Below are positions 18,595 to 30,979 of a DNA stretch of 64,000 nucleotides, piece by piece. The notes under the pieces are model-generated. The model saw nothing but the letters and a program-made list of their open reading frames with translations, ran no database searches and had not been told where the DNA came from. The stretch spans positions 65,840-129,839 of the forward strand of contig CALVWF010000001.1 of assembly GCA_944364615.1 (NCBI GenBank). The letters run 5' to 3'. The position numbers were made by a program, and so were the translations under genes. Position 1 is the stretch's first letter, and every line of letters starts with the position of its first letter. This stretch comes from an uncultured Clostridia bacterium (GTDB lineage: Bacteria > Bacillota > Clostridia > Christensenellales > CAG-314).

Positions 18595-19132
18595 TGATTT
18601 TTGCTAAAATTTAAAAATTTTCTTTAAAAAAATCATTGTACGAGGACTTACGGCGAAATTTTTTAATTTCTTTTCAATTACAGTATACCTCAGACAGCAT
18701 TGCAATATACCGTCATACATTAATATTATACACCGCAACGCTTTAACAGACAACAAAGTGCGACGGTTTATTTTGTGTAGGCGTGATGCGCGGTAAATTT
18801 TGATTGCGGACAGACAAACCGGGCAACCGTCCGCTTGTTGCTTTTCGGGCAAACATTTTCTCGTTGAGGGTTACGCACGCAATTTGATACATACCACATT
18901 ACATTACGCAAAGAGACAGAGATGTGTTACGGTATCGGAACGCAAAGGAAATTTACCGCAAATTTTCTACCGAAACACTTTTCCACGCAAAATGGAAATA
19001 AACTTTTACTTCACATACGGAAGTTTAAGCCTTGTTGCGTACGCCCGCAGCAACATCTCTGTTATTACTTTTAATTCCTATTATAAATAATATATCCTTA
19101 TTAATTGACGCAACCGCAGTTGAATGTGTACG

Positions 19133-20053
19133 TTACGACTTTTGCCCGTCATCCGACTTATTCCGACAGGCAAACACAGGTTTGTCGGAACCGCACAGCC
19201 ATGCGCCCGTTCCCATTAGAGCAAGCGCAATGAAAAATGTCCATTGAGGAATTTGCCTGAACAGAATAAAGGACAACACTACTCCGACAAAAGGCGACAC
19301 TGCATAATAGGCACTGGTGCGCGACGCTCCTATATAACGCTGAGCGTTGACGTAGAAAAAGATACTGAGGCCGTAGGCGACAAGTCCTACCGCCATTACC
19401 GCAAATACAGCCCACACCGCCGACACACTCTGACTGAGAGCAAGTGCTATTGCAAGAGAGCCCGAGCCGGAAAATATTCCTTTTAATATAACCACCTGCA
19501 ACGGATCGTTGTCGGACAATCTTCTGGTGCAGTTGTTTTCCACGCCCCAGCACACGCAGGCGAGCAACACGAATACCGAACCGTAGGAAAACCGAAACGC
19601 GGTGAAACTTTCCACCGACAGCACGGCGCAGGAAATCACCACAAAAATTATACCCGTCCACAGACGCGCGCTGATTTTCTCTTTAAACAGCAACAACGCT
19701 ATAACGGCGGTTGCCACAATTTCGAAATTGTTCAGCAAGGAAACGTTTTCAGCGGTTGTAAGATTCAGTCCCGCAAGCAACAGGACGGGAGCGGTTATAT
19801 CAAGCAATATCATTGCCAATATATAGGGCCACTGCCTGACGGTGAAAGGTTGTGCCGTCATGGCGGTGTGTCTGAATTTGCTGCCCAATGCCACAAATAT
19901 CATTCCCACGCCTGCTCCGAGATACAGAAATCCCGCCATCATCACGGATCCCATATACCGCAACAGCAATTTCGACAGCGGAGAACTTACCGCATACAAT
20001 ACTGCGGCAAGCACTGCCAGTAATATTCCCTTTCTGTTGTCGGAAAGTTGCAT
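19133..20053 (-). CDS. EamA/DMT family transporter
   Basis: 306-aa ORF, about 10 hydrophobic segments in two halves typical of duplicated EamA domains. Confidence 0.75.
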   Translation of the reverse strand: MQLSDNRKGILLAVLAAVLYAVSSPLSKLLLRYMGSVMMAGFLYLGAGVGMIFVALGSKFRHTAMTAQPFTVRQWPYILAMILLDITAPVLLLAGLNLTTAENVSLLNNFEIVATAVIALLLFKEKISARLWTGIIFVVISCAVLSVESFTAFRFSYGSVFVLLACVCWGVENNCTRRLSDNDPLQVVILKGIFSGSGSLAIALALSQSVSAVWAVFAVMAVGLVAYGLSIFFYVNAQRYIGASRTSAYYAVSPFVGVVLSFILFRQIPQWTFFIALALMGTGAWLCGSDKPVFACRNKSDDGQKS

Positions 20054-20144
20054 AAATACGTTCCTCGGTCAATTTTGTTTCAGATTTCGTTCCGCAGCGT
20101 ACCGAAATGACATTGTCGGTCAATGGGGAGAATTTCCGATGTCT

Positions 20145-20171
20145 AAACAAAAAGCCGACGGTCAGTCGGCT
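20145..20171 (-). terminator. Rho-independent terminator after the 20197 gene
   Basis: Minus strand AGCCGAC-tgacc-GTCGGCT followed by TTTTGTTT. Confidence 0.7.
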
Positions 20172-20196
20172 TGTTTATTCTCATGTGCAAAGGCGA

Positions 20197-20802
20197 TCAT
20201 TTCAGCCCGAAACGGTCTTTAATGGCGTCGGCAAGCAGTTGCACCGTACCTTCGATGCCGCACACGCTGCTGTTTATCGTCATGTCGTAACTGTGAAGAT
20301 CCGCCCAGTTGTCCTCACAATAAGTACGGTAGTAATTTGCACGTCCCTTGTCGTGCTGTATTGCGGTTTCTCTTGCTTTGTCGGGATCTACGCCGTAACT
20401 TTCGATTGCACGTTTTACCCTGTCTTCAAAGGGAGCGTGAATAAAAATACTGAATTTGTCTTGTCTGTCACGCAACACGTAGCCCGCGCAACGGCCTACA
20501 ATAACGCAGGAACCTTGCTCGGCAACTTCTTTTATTGTACGGCATTGTACCGCATACACTTCGTCGGAGGCGCAGTATCCCACATTGAAATTTGTTCCTC
20601 TTGCAAGATTCTGCCAGAATGTATTTGTAGGACGTGACTGTGTTTCCTCGATAAAGTCAGGCGACAAACCGCTGTTTTCCGCAGCAAGTTCTATCAGTTT
20701 TCTGTCGTAAAACGGAACGCCCAGTTTTTTTGCCAACATTTCGCCGATTATACGGCCGCCGCTGGCGTATTCTCTGTTTATGGTAATAATAAACTTGTTC
20801 AT
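20197..20802 (-). CDS. Cytidylate kinase-like family protein
   Basis: ORF 20197-20829 trimmed to MNKFIITINREYASGGRIIGEMLAKKLGVPFYDRKLI (ATG 20802 behind GGGAGGG). Pattern of the cytidylate-kinase-like family. Confidence 0.75.
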   Translation of the reverse strand: MNKFIITINREYASGGRIIGEMLAKKLGVPFYDRKLIELAAENSGLSPDFIEETQSRPTNTFWQNLARGTNFNVGYCASDEVYAVQCRTIKEVAEQGSCVIVGRCAGYVLRDRQDKFSIFIHAPFEDRVKRAIESYGVDPDKARETAIQHDKGRANYYRTYCEDNWADLHSYDMTINSSVCGIEGTVQLLADAIKDRFGLK

Positions 20803-21007
20803 AAAATTCCCTCCCGAATAACACAGCAACAGCAGATGTCACGTTTATTGTTTAATATATTATAGCACCAATGCAAAAGTTTTTCAACCCATAGCGCAAA
20901 TTAACGGCAAATTTGATGTACTTTCCTTGCGTTCGGACAACGTCGGTATTGACAACAAGGCTGCAATTTATTAAAATAAATTCAATAAAAACAGGCAGGA
21001 AAAAATT

Positions 21008-22057
21008 ATGATAAGACTTGCACGAGATACGGACATCGACGTTTTGGAAAAAATTTACATTCAGGCAAAAGCATACCTTCGTTCGATAGGAAACAATATA
21101 CAGTGGACGGGAGAGTACCCGTCGCGCCGTACCGTGTCGGACGACATTGCGCTTAAAAGGCTGTACGTGTGCGAATACGACGGCATTATCGCAGGGGCGT
21201 TTGCGCTGTGCGACAGCCCCGATCCGACCTACGGCTACATCGAAGGAAAATGGAGAGGAAACGACAACTACAAAGTCATACACCGAATGGTGTCGGCGCA
21301 CACGCACCCGAGAGTAGCCAAAGCGTGTATTCAATGGTGTCAGAGTCATTACGACAACCTGCGCATAGACACGCACCAATGCAATGCGCCAATGCTTACC
21401 GCAATAGCCTATACGGAATTTACTTACAGCGGAACGGTATATATGGCGGACGGAACGGAACGAATGGCGTTTGAATGGTTCAAACCGGAAAAATACGAAA
21501 TAGCCACAAATACAAGTATAGAAACGCCGAGGCTGTTACTGCGTCCGTGGAAACAGGAAGACGTCAGCGACCTTTTCGAATACGCATCCGACAAAGACGT
21601 GGGACCCGACGCAGGATGGTTGCCCCATTCCACTCCGCACGATTCGCTCAACATATTGAACGCTTTTATCAAGGCAGGGGACGTATTCGCGATACAACAC
21701 AAACAGGACGGCAAAGTTATAGGGTCGGTGGGAATACACCACTGTGCGTGGAACTGCCAATATCTGCCGATTGCCGGCAAACGTGTAAAAGAAATCGGCT
21801 ACGTGTTGAGCAAAAACTACCACAACCGCGGGCTAATGACGGAAGCAATAAATCACGTTACGCAATACTGTTTCGACAGTCTTAAACTGGATGCGGTAAC
21901 GGCGAGTTGTTTTTCTTACAACGTACCGTCACGACGTGTAATGGAGAAAAACAAAATGCTGTATTTGGACAAAGTCACCGAGCACGTAGCAACACTCGAC
22001 AAAGAGATGACGTTGCTCAGATATTATCTTATAAACCCCACCGAAAAAGACCGATAA
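21008..22057 (+). CDS. Fusion of two GNAT acetyltransferase domains
   Basis: 349-aa ORF. Residues about 1-160 form a GNAT domain (AGAFALCD...RVAKACIQWC). Residues about 165-349 are RimJ/RimL-type (ETPRLLLRPWKQEDVSDLFEYASD...IGYVLSKNYHNRGLMTEA). Confidence 0.75.
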   Translation: MIRLARDTDIDVLEKIYIQAKAYLRSIGNNIQWTGEYPSRRTVSDDIALKRLYVCEYDGIIAGAFALCDSPDPTYGYIEGKWRGNDNYKVIHRMVSAHTHPRVAKACIQWCQSHYDNLRIDTHQCNAPMLTAIAYTEFTYSGTVYMADGTERMAFEWFKPEKYEIATNTSIETPRLLLRPWKQEDVSDLFEYASDKDVGPDAGWLPHSTPHDSLNILNAFIKAGDVFAIQHKQDGKVIGSVGIHHCAWNCQYLPIAGKRVKEIGYVLSKNYHNRGLMTEAINHVTQYCFDSLKLDAVTASCFSYNVPSRRVMEKNKMLYLDKVTEHVATLDKEMTLLRYYLINPTEKDR

Positions 22058-22090
22058 ATTGCGACAATTTCTTAGGCGTTGATATTAAAA

Positions 22091-22121
22091 ACAGGGAACA
22101 ACTCAGTTGTTCCCTGTTTTA
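22091..22121. terminator. Bidirectional terminator
   Basis: aaaaACAGGGAACAAC-tca-GTTGTTCCCTGTtttt between convergent genes (22057 + / 22165 -). Confidence 0.85.
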
Positions 22122-22164
22122 ATTTGTTTGTGATTGTCGATTATGTATTCTTTGCCAGTTCGCA

Positions 22165-23712
<1,548 letters not shown>

Positions 23713-23738
23713 TTACTGCGTCAAAGGACTTAATATGC

Positions 23739-23771
23739 AAAAAATTGCTTGTTGAAACAACAAGCAATTTT
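23739..23771 (-). terminator. Rho-independent terminator after the HAD phosphatase gene
   Basis: AAAATTGCTTGTTG-aaa-CAACAAGCAATTTT, with a T-run on the minus strand (plus-strand A-run 23739-23744). Confidence 0.75.
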
Positions 23772-23914
23772 AAGTTTCATGCTGATATAACACGGCACGT
23801 GACGCAGAAATCAAAATCCGTTGTCCGCTTCCGTGATTTTGTAATATTCTACCAAACAGGCGTAAAATTGTAAACTGATTTTTATATATCCTTGCGATTT
23901 TTTTTATAACGGCA

Positions 23915-24706
23915 CTATCTTCCTGACATTCCGATAATATATTCCCCCACACCGCCGTCATTGTTAGAGCAACACACTTCATCCGCTTTGTCGCGCACCT
24001 GACGGGGCGCATTGGCAACGGCGACAAATGTGCCTGCCTCCGCCATGGGCAAATCGTTGAAATTGTCACCGAAAGCAACACAACGACTGCTGTCCGCGCC
24101 GTAGTAAGCGAGAGCCACCCTTACCGCTCTGCCCTTGTCGGCAGCGGCGTCTGTGACTTCGAGGTAAAATCCGCTGGACTTGGCAAAGGAAAACTCGCAG
24201 AACATACGAGGTAAGGTCGTCAGCATTTCTTTAAGTACATCTTCATCGGGAACATAGTAAAGCAATTTGTAGATGTCATTGTTTTTTACGATCCGTTGCT
24301 GATCGCACACAATGGGCTGTATTTTAACTATGTTACTTTCCCACCGCACTATGTCCGTCACTTTTTCCACATACCAGTTGTCACGCTCGTAAACGAAACA
24401 TTCGACGTTCCACCGTTGCTTTATATACCTGAAAATTTTAAAGGTTTCTTGCCTGTCCATTGTAATGCTGTCGATTGTTTCGCCCCGTTCGTTCAGTGTG
24501 AGCGCACCCCCGAAAGCACTGTACACGCACGGGTAATCCAGTTTGTCCAGCACTGTTTTCATTCCCTGAGGGGAACGGGCGGAACAACAAACGAAAGGAA
24601 TTCCATTGTCCTTGCACAATTTAACCGCCGCAAGGTTTTTTTCGGGAATTTCACTTTCGGAGTTTAAAAAAGTACCGTCAAGATCGCTTACAAAAAGTCT
24701 GTTCAT
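23915..24706 (-). CDS. Cof-type HAD-IIB family hydrolase
   Basis: 263-aa ORF. Motif I FVSDLDGTFLN and C-terminal GDNFNDLPM. Confidence 0.88.
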   Translation of the reverse strand: MNRLFVSDLDGTFLNSESEIPEKNLAAVKLCKDNGIPFVCCSARSPQGMKTVLDKLDYPCVYSAFGGALTLNERGETIDSITMDRQETFKIFRYIKQRWNVECFVYERDNWYVEKVTDIVRWESNIVKIQPIVCDQQRIVKNNDIYKLLYYVPDEDVLKEMLTTLPRMFCEFSFAKSSGFYLEVTDAAADKGRAVRVALAYYGADSSRCVAFGDNFNDLPMAEAGTFVAVANAPRQVRDKADEVCCSNNDGGVGEYIIGMSGR

Positions 24707-24895
24707 CTAAGCCTCCGGATTGATGATACGTCCGCGCAACAATTTTGTCAACATTCTGCACGGGTGTACGGTTGAAAATATGTCAGAACAAAAGCAAACA
24801 GTTTAAAAGTTAAAAAAGGTAGCGAAAATGTATATTGCCACAGGTGGAAAAATTGTTTTCTTTGTGGTAAAATCAACTGTGAAAGGAGAAACGAT

Positions 24896-25339
24896 ATGCA
24901 ATTGGGAACAAAACTTTACAATGCAAGAAAAAAGGCTTCGCTTTCACAGGAAGAAGTTGCGGAAAAACTGGGAGTCAGCAGACAAACGGTTTCCAAATGG
25001 GAACAGGGAGAAAGTATTCCCGACGTGCGTTGCGGCAAACAACTCGCCATACTGTACAACACTACTCTTGACGAACTGCTGGGATACGAGGAAGAGGAAC
25101 GACATCTTGAAAAAATCATTTTACAAACGGACAGCCGTCTTAACGACAAGGTAAACTGGACAAAGGTGTGGAGCAAGAAATATCCCGTACTGGCACGTTA
25201 CACGGAGGAAGTTGACACAGTTTACTACGCATCGCAATTGCGTGTTTTGCTGGAAAGTCTCAAAACAAACTACCGCTACAACGAACTGGACGCCGTGCTG
25301 GTGTTAAAAGACATACTCGCCCACGAAATGAAAAAGTAA
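24896..25339 (+). CDS. XRE family HTH transcriptional regulator
   Basis: 147-aa ORF. LSQEEVAEKLGVSRQTVSKWEQGESIPD HTH_3 pattern. GGAG RBS. Confidence 0.85.
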   Translation: MQLGTKLYNARKKASLSQEEVAEKLGVSRQTVSKWEQGESIPDVRCGKQLAILYNTTLDELLGYEEEERHLEKIILQTDSRLNDKVNWTKVWSKKYPVLARYTEEVDTVYYASQLRVLLESLKTNYRYNELDAVLVLKDILAHEMKK

Positions 25340-25682
25340 CAAACTCGTATATAAATCTGTCTTAACGACGATACAACGAGCGCTTACCCAAAAGTTTTTA
25401 CATTTAAACAACTTTCGGTAAAAAAGTACCGATCGATATTTAAATCGAAATCACAGGTTGCAACGTCACGTTTTCCGTCGGTCAGCAACGAATCGTTGTC
25501 GACAGGGTTGCACTGCACGTATTCAGACGAACAGGCAGTCATAAGACGCACAATCGTCAGCACTGGCGGAATCAGTCGTATAAACGCTGTTTGTCCGACC
25601 TGCATTTTTACGCCCTTTTCACCGATACGGTAAATTTGCGTAATTAAGCCTGTTCAGTGCCAACACCGCACCCGTACACAAT

Positions 25683-25719
25683 AAAAAAGCAGAGAACAAC
25701 TAAACCGTTCTCTGCTTTT
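25683..25719. terminator. Bidirectional terminator
   Basis: aaaaaaGCAGAGAAC-aactaaacc-GTTCTCTGCtttt. Lies about 120 nt downstream of the minus-strand phosphatase gene. Confidence 0.7.
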
Positions 25720-25840
25720 CCGTTATGCAGCATTAAATAAAAACCGCGATTTTTCCGTTTGCGCAACGAGTACAAAGCGGTAAATTCGGGCGAGTTTCGC
25801 TGTCGTTTGATATTTTTATAAAAAAAATTCAAGACAACTC

Positions 25841-26530
25841 TCATTTCCCTTTGTCCGTTACGTAAAAGCACCGACAGTCGTCCGTGCAGATACATCCCAA
25901 CGTTCCGCCAAGATATACTCCCGTGTCAATGTGCACCTTGAAGAAGTCTTCGATGTTACCGCTATCCGATTTTTTGCCGTCACGCGGGTACTTCAATATT
26001 TCGTCCCTGCCCGTCAGCCAACGCACGGGCGTGTGTCCGTATATTACGCATTTTTCCCCTTGCAACACAAATTCTTTGTCTTTAAACGCGCGGTCGTAAA
26101 CAAACTGCTCCGCCCTAACTTTGTTTAAAGGCACTTTTACTCCCTTTTCAACGGGCAATCCTGCATGTACTGCAATAAAATTGTCCCTCTCCTCGTAAAA
26201 AGGAAGAAATTCCAGCCTGTCTATAACGTCCCAATCCAAGAGGTTGCCGTCGGCAAAATAATTTCTGCATTTGTGCAGTACGGCATCGTAGTCTTCCGTC
26301 TGTTTCATCAATGAGTGATAAAACTTTAAAAAGTCGTATTCGTGATTTCCCGCAAGACAACTGACATTCGGCATAGAAAACAGCAGTTTTACAAGGCGTA
26401 TGCTGTCCGCACCCTTGTCCACCATATCTCCCAGCACAATCAATCTGTCGCTTGCGCAAAATTTAATTTTTTCCATCAGACGGCAAAACAAATCGTAATG
26501 CCCGTGAATATCGGAAATGCAGTAATTCAT
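25841..26530 (-). CDS. Metallophosphoesterase (Ser/Thr phosphatase 1 / ApaH-like)
   Basis: 229-aa ORF. ISDIHGHYD, GDMVDKG, GNHE motifs. Confidence 0.85.
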   Translation of the reverse strand: MNYCISDIHGHYDLFCRLMEKIKFCASDRLIVLGDMVDKGADSIRLVKLLFSMPNVSCLAGNHEYDFLKFYHSLMKQTEDYDAVLHKCRNYFADGNLLDWDVIDRLEFLPFYEERDNFIAVHAGLPVEKGVKVPLNKVRAEQFVYDRAFKDKEFVLQGEKCVIYGHTPVRWLTGRDEILKYPRDGKKSDSGNIEDFFKVHIDTGVYLGGTLGCICTDDCRCFYVTDKGK

Positions 26531-26812
26531 GACGCTATTTTAACACAATAAATCATTCGACACAATACTTTCCTTCGGTAATCCTTAAAACCGTCCGCGC
26601 GTACTGTACCGCTTCAAGCAAGTTGCCACGTTGTTATGTCAAAGCGGTAAATCCGTTTGGTCTGAAATGTTCCGTTTCAGGTAATGTTTGCGCACTAAGT
26701 AAAGCAGTTTAAGGGAAACGGCGCACAAAGTCGCACGCTCGTCGCAGTACCTGAAACAAACGTTTATTTGTGTTTATTTGCGCAACCCAAAGAGTCTGTA
26801 AACCAACAAATG

Positions 26813-26857
26813 AAAAGACAAAACGGACAGCCCGCAGGTATCTTGCGGGCTGTCCGT
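26813..26857 (-). terminator. Rho-independent terminator ending the V-ATPase operon
   Basis: 14-bp stem ACGGACAGCCCGCA / TGCGGGCTGTCCGT (26823-26857), then TTTTGTCTTTT on the minus strand. Confidence 0.88.
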
Positions 26858-26872
26858 ACTGTACAATATTTC

Positions 26873-27499
26873 TTACTTTTGTGCAAGCATATCTTTTACT
26901 TTCATCAGTCTGACTGTGGAAGAACGTTCGTTTTCGTCCAGTTTCATCTTGATGTACTTGATTGTTTCCTGCAACTGCGGAATCATAATATTTTCCAGTG
27001 CGTTTACACGGCGTTTGTTTTTTTCTATTTCGTCGGCAAGCATATTGCAGGTTTTTTCCACCTCGGCAAGATGCACCATTTGCGCAAAAACGTCGTTCAA
27101 CCTGTTGACGGAGTTGTCCAACTGCTCGGGAACGGTCAAAAAACCGTAGGGATAAACTTCCCCCTTGCTCTCGGCAATTTCTATTGACGGAACGCTGATG
27201 CCCATTACGCTGTGTTTACCGCACTGCAAGGACACCGCACGCGAAGGCATCATCACTGCCTCGTCGATGGTACGGCTGTCGGAAAAAGTGCGCGCCAAAG
27301 CAAAACTCTGCAACGCGGCGGCAAGTTGTTCTTCCACCTGCTTGCGCAGACTTTTGTTTTCACGGGCAAGAATAATGAATTTGCGTATCATTTCATCCGT
27401 CTTGTCTTTCAGCAATTTGTAACCCCTCGACGCGGTTTTAAGTCTGGCTTGCAGACGTTTCAACTCCATACGTGTCGGGTTGACATTCATTATTGACAT
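26873..27499 (-). CDS. ntpD: V-type ATP synthase subunit D
   Basis: 208-aa ORF. MNVNPTRMELKRLQARLKTASRGYKLLKDK head, coiled coil. Last gene of the ntp order. Confidence 0.92.
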   Translation of the reverse strand: MSIMNVNPTRMELKRLQARLKTASRGYKLLKDKTDEMIRKFIILARENKSLRKQVEEQLAAALQSFALARTFSDSRTIDEAVMMPSRAVSLQCGKHSVMGISVPSIEIAESKGEVYPYGFLTVPEQLDNSVNRLNDVFAQMVHLAEVEKTCNMLADEIEKNKRRVNALENIMIPQLQETIKYIKMKLDENERSSTVRLMKVKDMLAQK

Positions 27500-27503
27500 C
27501 TGT

Positions 27504-28886
27504 TCACTCCGTAACGGTAGGTTTGTAGTATTTGTCCAGTAACGTGTCGGAAATACGTTTCAGTTCGCTTCTCGGCAAAATTCCCAGCAGTTCCCAACCG
27601 AGATCCAACGTCTGTTCTATTGTACGGTTGGTTTCGAATCCCTGTGCGATGTAGCGTTTTTCGAATTCCACGGCAAACTTGGCGTACAGTTTGTCAATGT
27701 CCGTCAATGCCGATTCGCCTAATATCGTGGCAAGTTCCTTGGCCTGTTTGCCCTGAGCGTAAGCGGAAAACAACTGATTCATTGTGCTTGCGTGATCTTC
27801 GCGCGTCTTGCCTGCGCCGATACCTTTGTCTTTAAGACGTGAAAGGCTGGGCAATACGTCAATAGGAGGATTGTAACCTCTCTTGTAAAGATCACGTGAC
27901 AAAATGATCTGTCCTTCCGTAATGTATCCCGTAAGGTCGGGAATGGGGTGCGTCTTGTCGTCTTCGGGCATGGACAAAATGGGTATCTGCGTTATACTTC
28001 CGCGTTTGCCTCTGATACGTCCCGCTCTTTCGTACAGCGACGCAAGGTCGGTGTACATATAGCCGGGGTAACCGCGTCTGCCCGGTACTTCTTTACGGGC
28101 GGCACTTGTTTCACGCAACGCTTCGGCGTAGTTGGTGATGTCGGTAAGTATTACCAGCACCTGCATGTCTTTTTCAAAAGCCAGATATTCGGCGGCGGTA
28201 AGAGCCATACGGGGAGTGCTGATACGTTCTATCGCAGGGTCGTTTGCCAGGTTCATGAACAGAACAGCACGCTCTATTGCGCCCGTTTTGTTAAAGTCGC
28301 TGATAAAGTATTCCGCTTCTTCGTAGGTAATACCCATTGCGCCGAAGACAACGGCGAACTTTTCGTCACCTTTAAGCACACGTGCCTGACGTGCAATCTG
28401 CGCCGCAAGTTGAGCATGAGGAAGACCGCTTGCCGAAAACACCGGCAACTTCTGTCCGCGGACAAGCGTGTTGAGTCCGTCGATTGCGGAAATACCCGTC
28501 TGAATAAATTCGTTGGGGTAATCCCTTGCGTAAGGATTTATAGGCTGACCGTTGATGTCCATTCGCTTGTCGGCAATGATTTCCGCGCCGCCGTCGATGG
28601 GTTCGCCCATACCGTTGAAAACTCTTCCCAGCATTTCTTCCGAAACGGCAAGTTCCAGACTTCTGCCCAAAAACCTTACCTTGCTGGTAGATACCTGCAA
28701 TCCCTGTGCGCCTTCGAACATCTGAACCAACGCACGGTCGCCGTTTATTTCCAACACCTTGCCTTTACGGATTTCGCCGTTTTTCTGCACGATTTCAACA
28801 AGTTCGTTGTAACTGACTCCTTTGACGCCTTCCACAAGCATCAACGGTCCCACTACCTCTTTGATCGTCTTGTATTCTTTAAGCAT
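27504..28886 (-). CDS. ntpB: V-type ATP synthase subunit B
   Basis: 460-aa [33 protein letters not shown]. Confidence 0.96.
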   Translation of the reverse strand: MLKEYKTIKEVVGPLMLVEGVKGVSYNELVEIVQKNGEIRKGKVLEINGDRALVQMFEGAQGLQVSTSKVRFLGRSLELAVSEEMLGRVFNGMGEPIDGGAEIIADKRMDINGQPINPYARDYPNEFIQTGISAIDGLNTLVRGQKLPVFSASGLPHAQLAAQIARQARVLKGDEKFAVVFGAMGITYEEAEYFISDFNKTGAIERAVLFMNLANDPAIERISTPRMALTAAEYLAFEKDMQVLVILTDITNYAEALRETSAARKEVPGRRGYPGYMYTDLASLYERAGRIRGKRGSITQIPILSMPEDDKTHPIPDLTGYITEGQIILSRDLYKRGYNPPIDVLPSLSRLKDKGIGAGKTREDHASTMNQLFSAYAQGKQAKELATILGESALTDIDKLYAKFAVEFEKRYIAQGFETNRTIEQTLDLGWELLGILPRSELKRISDTLLDKYYKPTVTE

Positions 28887-28889
28887 CGG

Positions 28890-30650
28890 TTACTCTCCTT
28901 TATTAGTCAAAGCGTTTATTTCTTTGCGGATGTTCTTGGCAATGTCGTCCAGTCTGTCAAGACTTGCTTCTTCTACGTACTTGGCACGGCCTATCTGTTC
29001 ACGGCAGGGCAGTTGCAGAATATCGTTCAGTTCCGCATCCTTTTCCAGTGCCTGCAATGCAAGATGATAGAATCCCAGTATCAGTTTCATCATTTTGTAC
29101 TGCTTTTTGAGGGACGTGTACGTGTCCACTTCATGGAAAGCGTTCTGGTGCAGGTAGTCTTCTCTGATGGACTTGGCGGTTTCCATTACAAGGCGATCGC
29201 TGCTGCCCAGAGCGTCCATACCTACCAGACGCACTATTTCGTTCAGTTGACTTTCTTCCTGCAACAAGTACATGAGTTCTCTCTTGCAGTCGTTAAAGTC
29301 TTCCGCAACGTTTTCGCTGTACCAGTTTGCCAGTTTGTCGTCGTAGAGCGAATAACTCTGCAACCAGTCTATTGCTGGGAAATGTCTTTGGTACGCGAGA
29401 GTTGCGGACAATCCCCAGAATACCTTTACTATACGCAAAGTACTTTGCGCGACGGGTTCCGACAAGTCGCCTCCCGGAGGGGACACCGCTCCTATTGCGG
29501 AAATTGCGCCTACGGTGTTACCGCTGCCCAATACTCTGACTATACCCGCACGTTCGTAAAATTCCGCGATACGGCTTGCCAGATAAGCAGGGTAACCTTC
29601 TTCACCGGGCATTTCTTCAAGCCGTCCGCTCATTTCACGCAACGCTTCCGCCCAACGGCTGGTACTGTCCGCCATTATTGCGACAGTGTAACCCATGTCA
29701 CGGAAATATTCGGCAATCGTGATGCCTGTGTAAATGGACGCTTCACGGGCGGCAACGGGCATATCGCTGGTATTTGCGATAAGCACGGTACGTTTCATCA
29801 ACGCTTCGCCCGTCTGAGGGTCTTTCAGTTCGGGAAATTCGTTCAGAACGTCCGTCATTTCGTTTCCGCGTTCGCCGCATCCTACGTAAACTATTATCTG
29901 TGCGTCAGCCCACTTGGCAAGTTGGTGCTGAACAACCGTTTTACCGCTTCCGAAAGGACCGGGAACGGCAGCCACACCGCCCTTTGCAATGGGGAACAGC
30001 GTGTCGATTACTCTCTGTCCCGTCACCATAGGATAAGACGGAGGCATCTTTTCCTTGTAGGGACGACCTTTACGGACAGGCCACTTCTGCATCATTGTAA
30101 GTTGATGTACTTCACCGTTGCCTTCCACTTCGGCAATGACGTCGGTAACGGTATATTCGCCCTGTTTTGCAATGGACTTTACCACACCGTCTTTACCGTA
30201 AGGCACCATTATCTTGTGCACTACAACGGAAGTTTCGCGAACCGTTCCCAACACATCGCCTGCGACAACGCTGTCGCCGACGTTTACAAGGGGTATAAAC
30301 GTCCACAGTCTTTTACGGTCGAGGGCAGGCGCTTCGATACCTCTGCCTATACGGTCGCCCGACAGATCGCGCAACACGTTCAAAGGACGCTGAATACCGT
30401 CGAAAATACTTTCAATCAATCCGGGACCAAGTTCCACAGACAGAGGAGCGCCGGTGGAAACAACCTTTTCGCCCACCGACAAACCGCTGGTTTCCTCGTA
30501 AACCTGAATGGACGCCTTGTCCCCTCTAAGTTCGATGACTTCGCCGATAAGTTTGCTGTCGCTGACCTTAACAACGTCGTACATCTGCACGTCCGCCATA
30601 TTCTCCGCAACGATAAGCGGACCGCTGACTTTAATAACTCTTCCTTCCAT
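28890..30650 (-). CDS. ntpA: V-type ATP synthase catalytic subunit A
   Basis: 586-aa ORF. P-loop [31 protein letters not shown]. Confidence 0.97.
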   Translation of the reverse strand: MEGRVIKVSGPLIVAENMADVQMYDVVKVSDSKLIGEVIELRGDKASIQVYEETSGLSVGEKVVSTGAPLSVELGPGLIESIFDGIQRPLNVLRDLSGDRIGRGIEAPALDRKRLWTFIPLVNVGDSVVAGDVLGTVRETSVVVHKIMVPYGKDGVVKSIAKQGEYTVTDVIAEVEGNGEVHQLTMMQKWPVRKGRPYKEKMPPSYPMVTGQRVIDTLFPIAKGGVAAVPGPFGSGKTVVQHQLAKWADAQIIVYVGCGERGNEMTDVLNEFPELKDPQTGEALMKRTVLIANTSDMPVAAREASIYTGITIAEYFRDMGYTVAIMADSTSRWAEALREMSGRLEEMPGEEGYPAYLASRIAEFYERAGIVRVLGSGNTVGAISAIGAVSPPGGDLSEPVAQSTLRIVKVFWGLSATLAYQRHFPAIDWLQSYSLYDDKLANWYSENVAEDFNDCKRELMYLLQEESQLNEIVRLVGMDALGSSDRLVMETAKSIREDYLHQNAFHEVDTYTSLKKQYKMMKLILGFYHLALQALEKDAELNDILQLPCREQIGRAKYVEEASLDRLDDIAKNIRKEINALTNKGE

Positions 30651-30979
30651 TATTTGTCCTCTTTATTAAATAAAATGTCCGTTCCCAATGCCTTTTCCAC
30701 GTCTTTTTTGATGCCGTCCATTCCGAAACCGTTGGAATTGGAAGACACGGGAATAGGAACTATTGCAGGGAAAGGTTGCGATTTAGCCTTTTGCAAAGTA
30801 TCGGCTATCTGAACTGCCAACTGCTCGGTAATAAACACTACCGCAAACTTTTCACGTGTCAGCCGTTTAACGAGTTCGCGCGCTTCCTCCGCAGTGTCGG
30901 CGTTGAAAATCTCCGCTCCCACCACTTTGAGAGCAGTTACCGAATCTTTGTCGCCTATTACGCCCACTTTGTTATACAT
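30650..30979 (-). CDS. ntpG: V-type ATP synthase subunit F
   Basis: 109-aa [25 protein letters not shown]...[11 protein letters not shown]. Symbol follows the E. hirae naming, where this position is ntpG. Confidence 0.85.
   Translation of the reverse strand: MYNKVGVIGDKDSVTALKVVGAEIFNADTAEEARELVKRLTREKFAVVFITEQLAVQIADTLQKAKSQPFPAIVPIPVSSNSNGFGMDGIKKDVEKALGTDILFNKEDK

Noticed and set aside
18604-18852. 82-aa ORF in the hrcA upstream spacer
   Set aside because: No RBS and an unremarkable sequence, and the hrcA promoter lies immediately adjacent (18566-18594). Not supported as a gene.
25384-25605. 73-aa minus-strand ORF (and 25644-25895) in the spacer between the XRE gene and the phosphatase gene
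   Set aside because: Weak or absent RBS and no motif. 25644-25895 overlaps the phosphatase gene end and its terminator. Left unannotated.
27948-30812. 954-aa ORF on the plus strand
   Set aside because: It lies entirely antisense to ntpB and ntpA, whose products have unmistakable ATPase motifs. Its translation is low-complexity (F/V/R/H-rich) with no motif. This is a typical shadow ORF.
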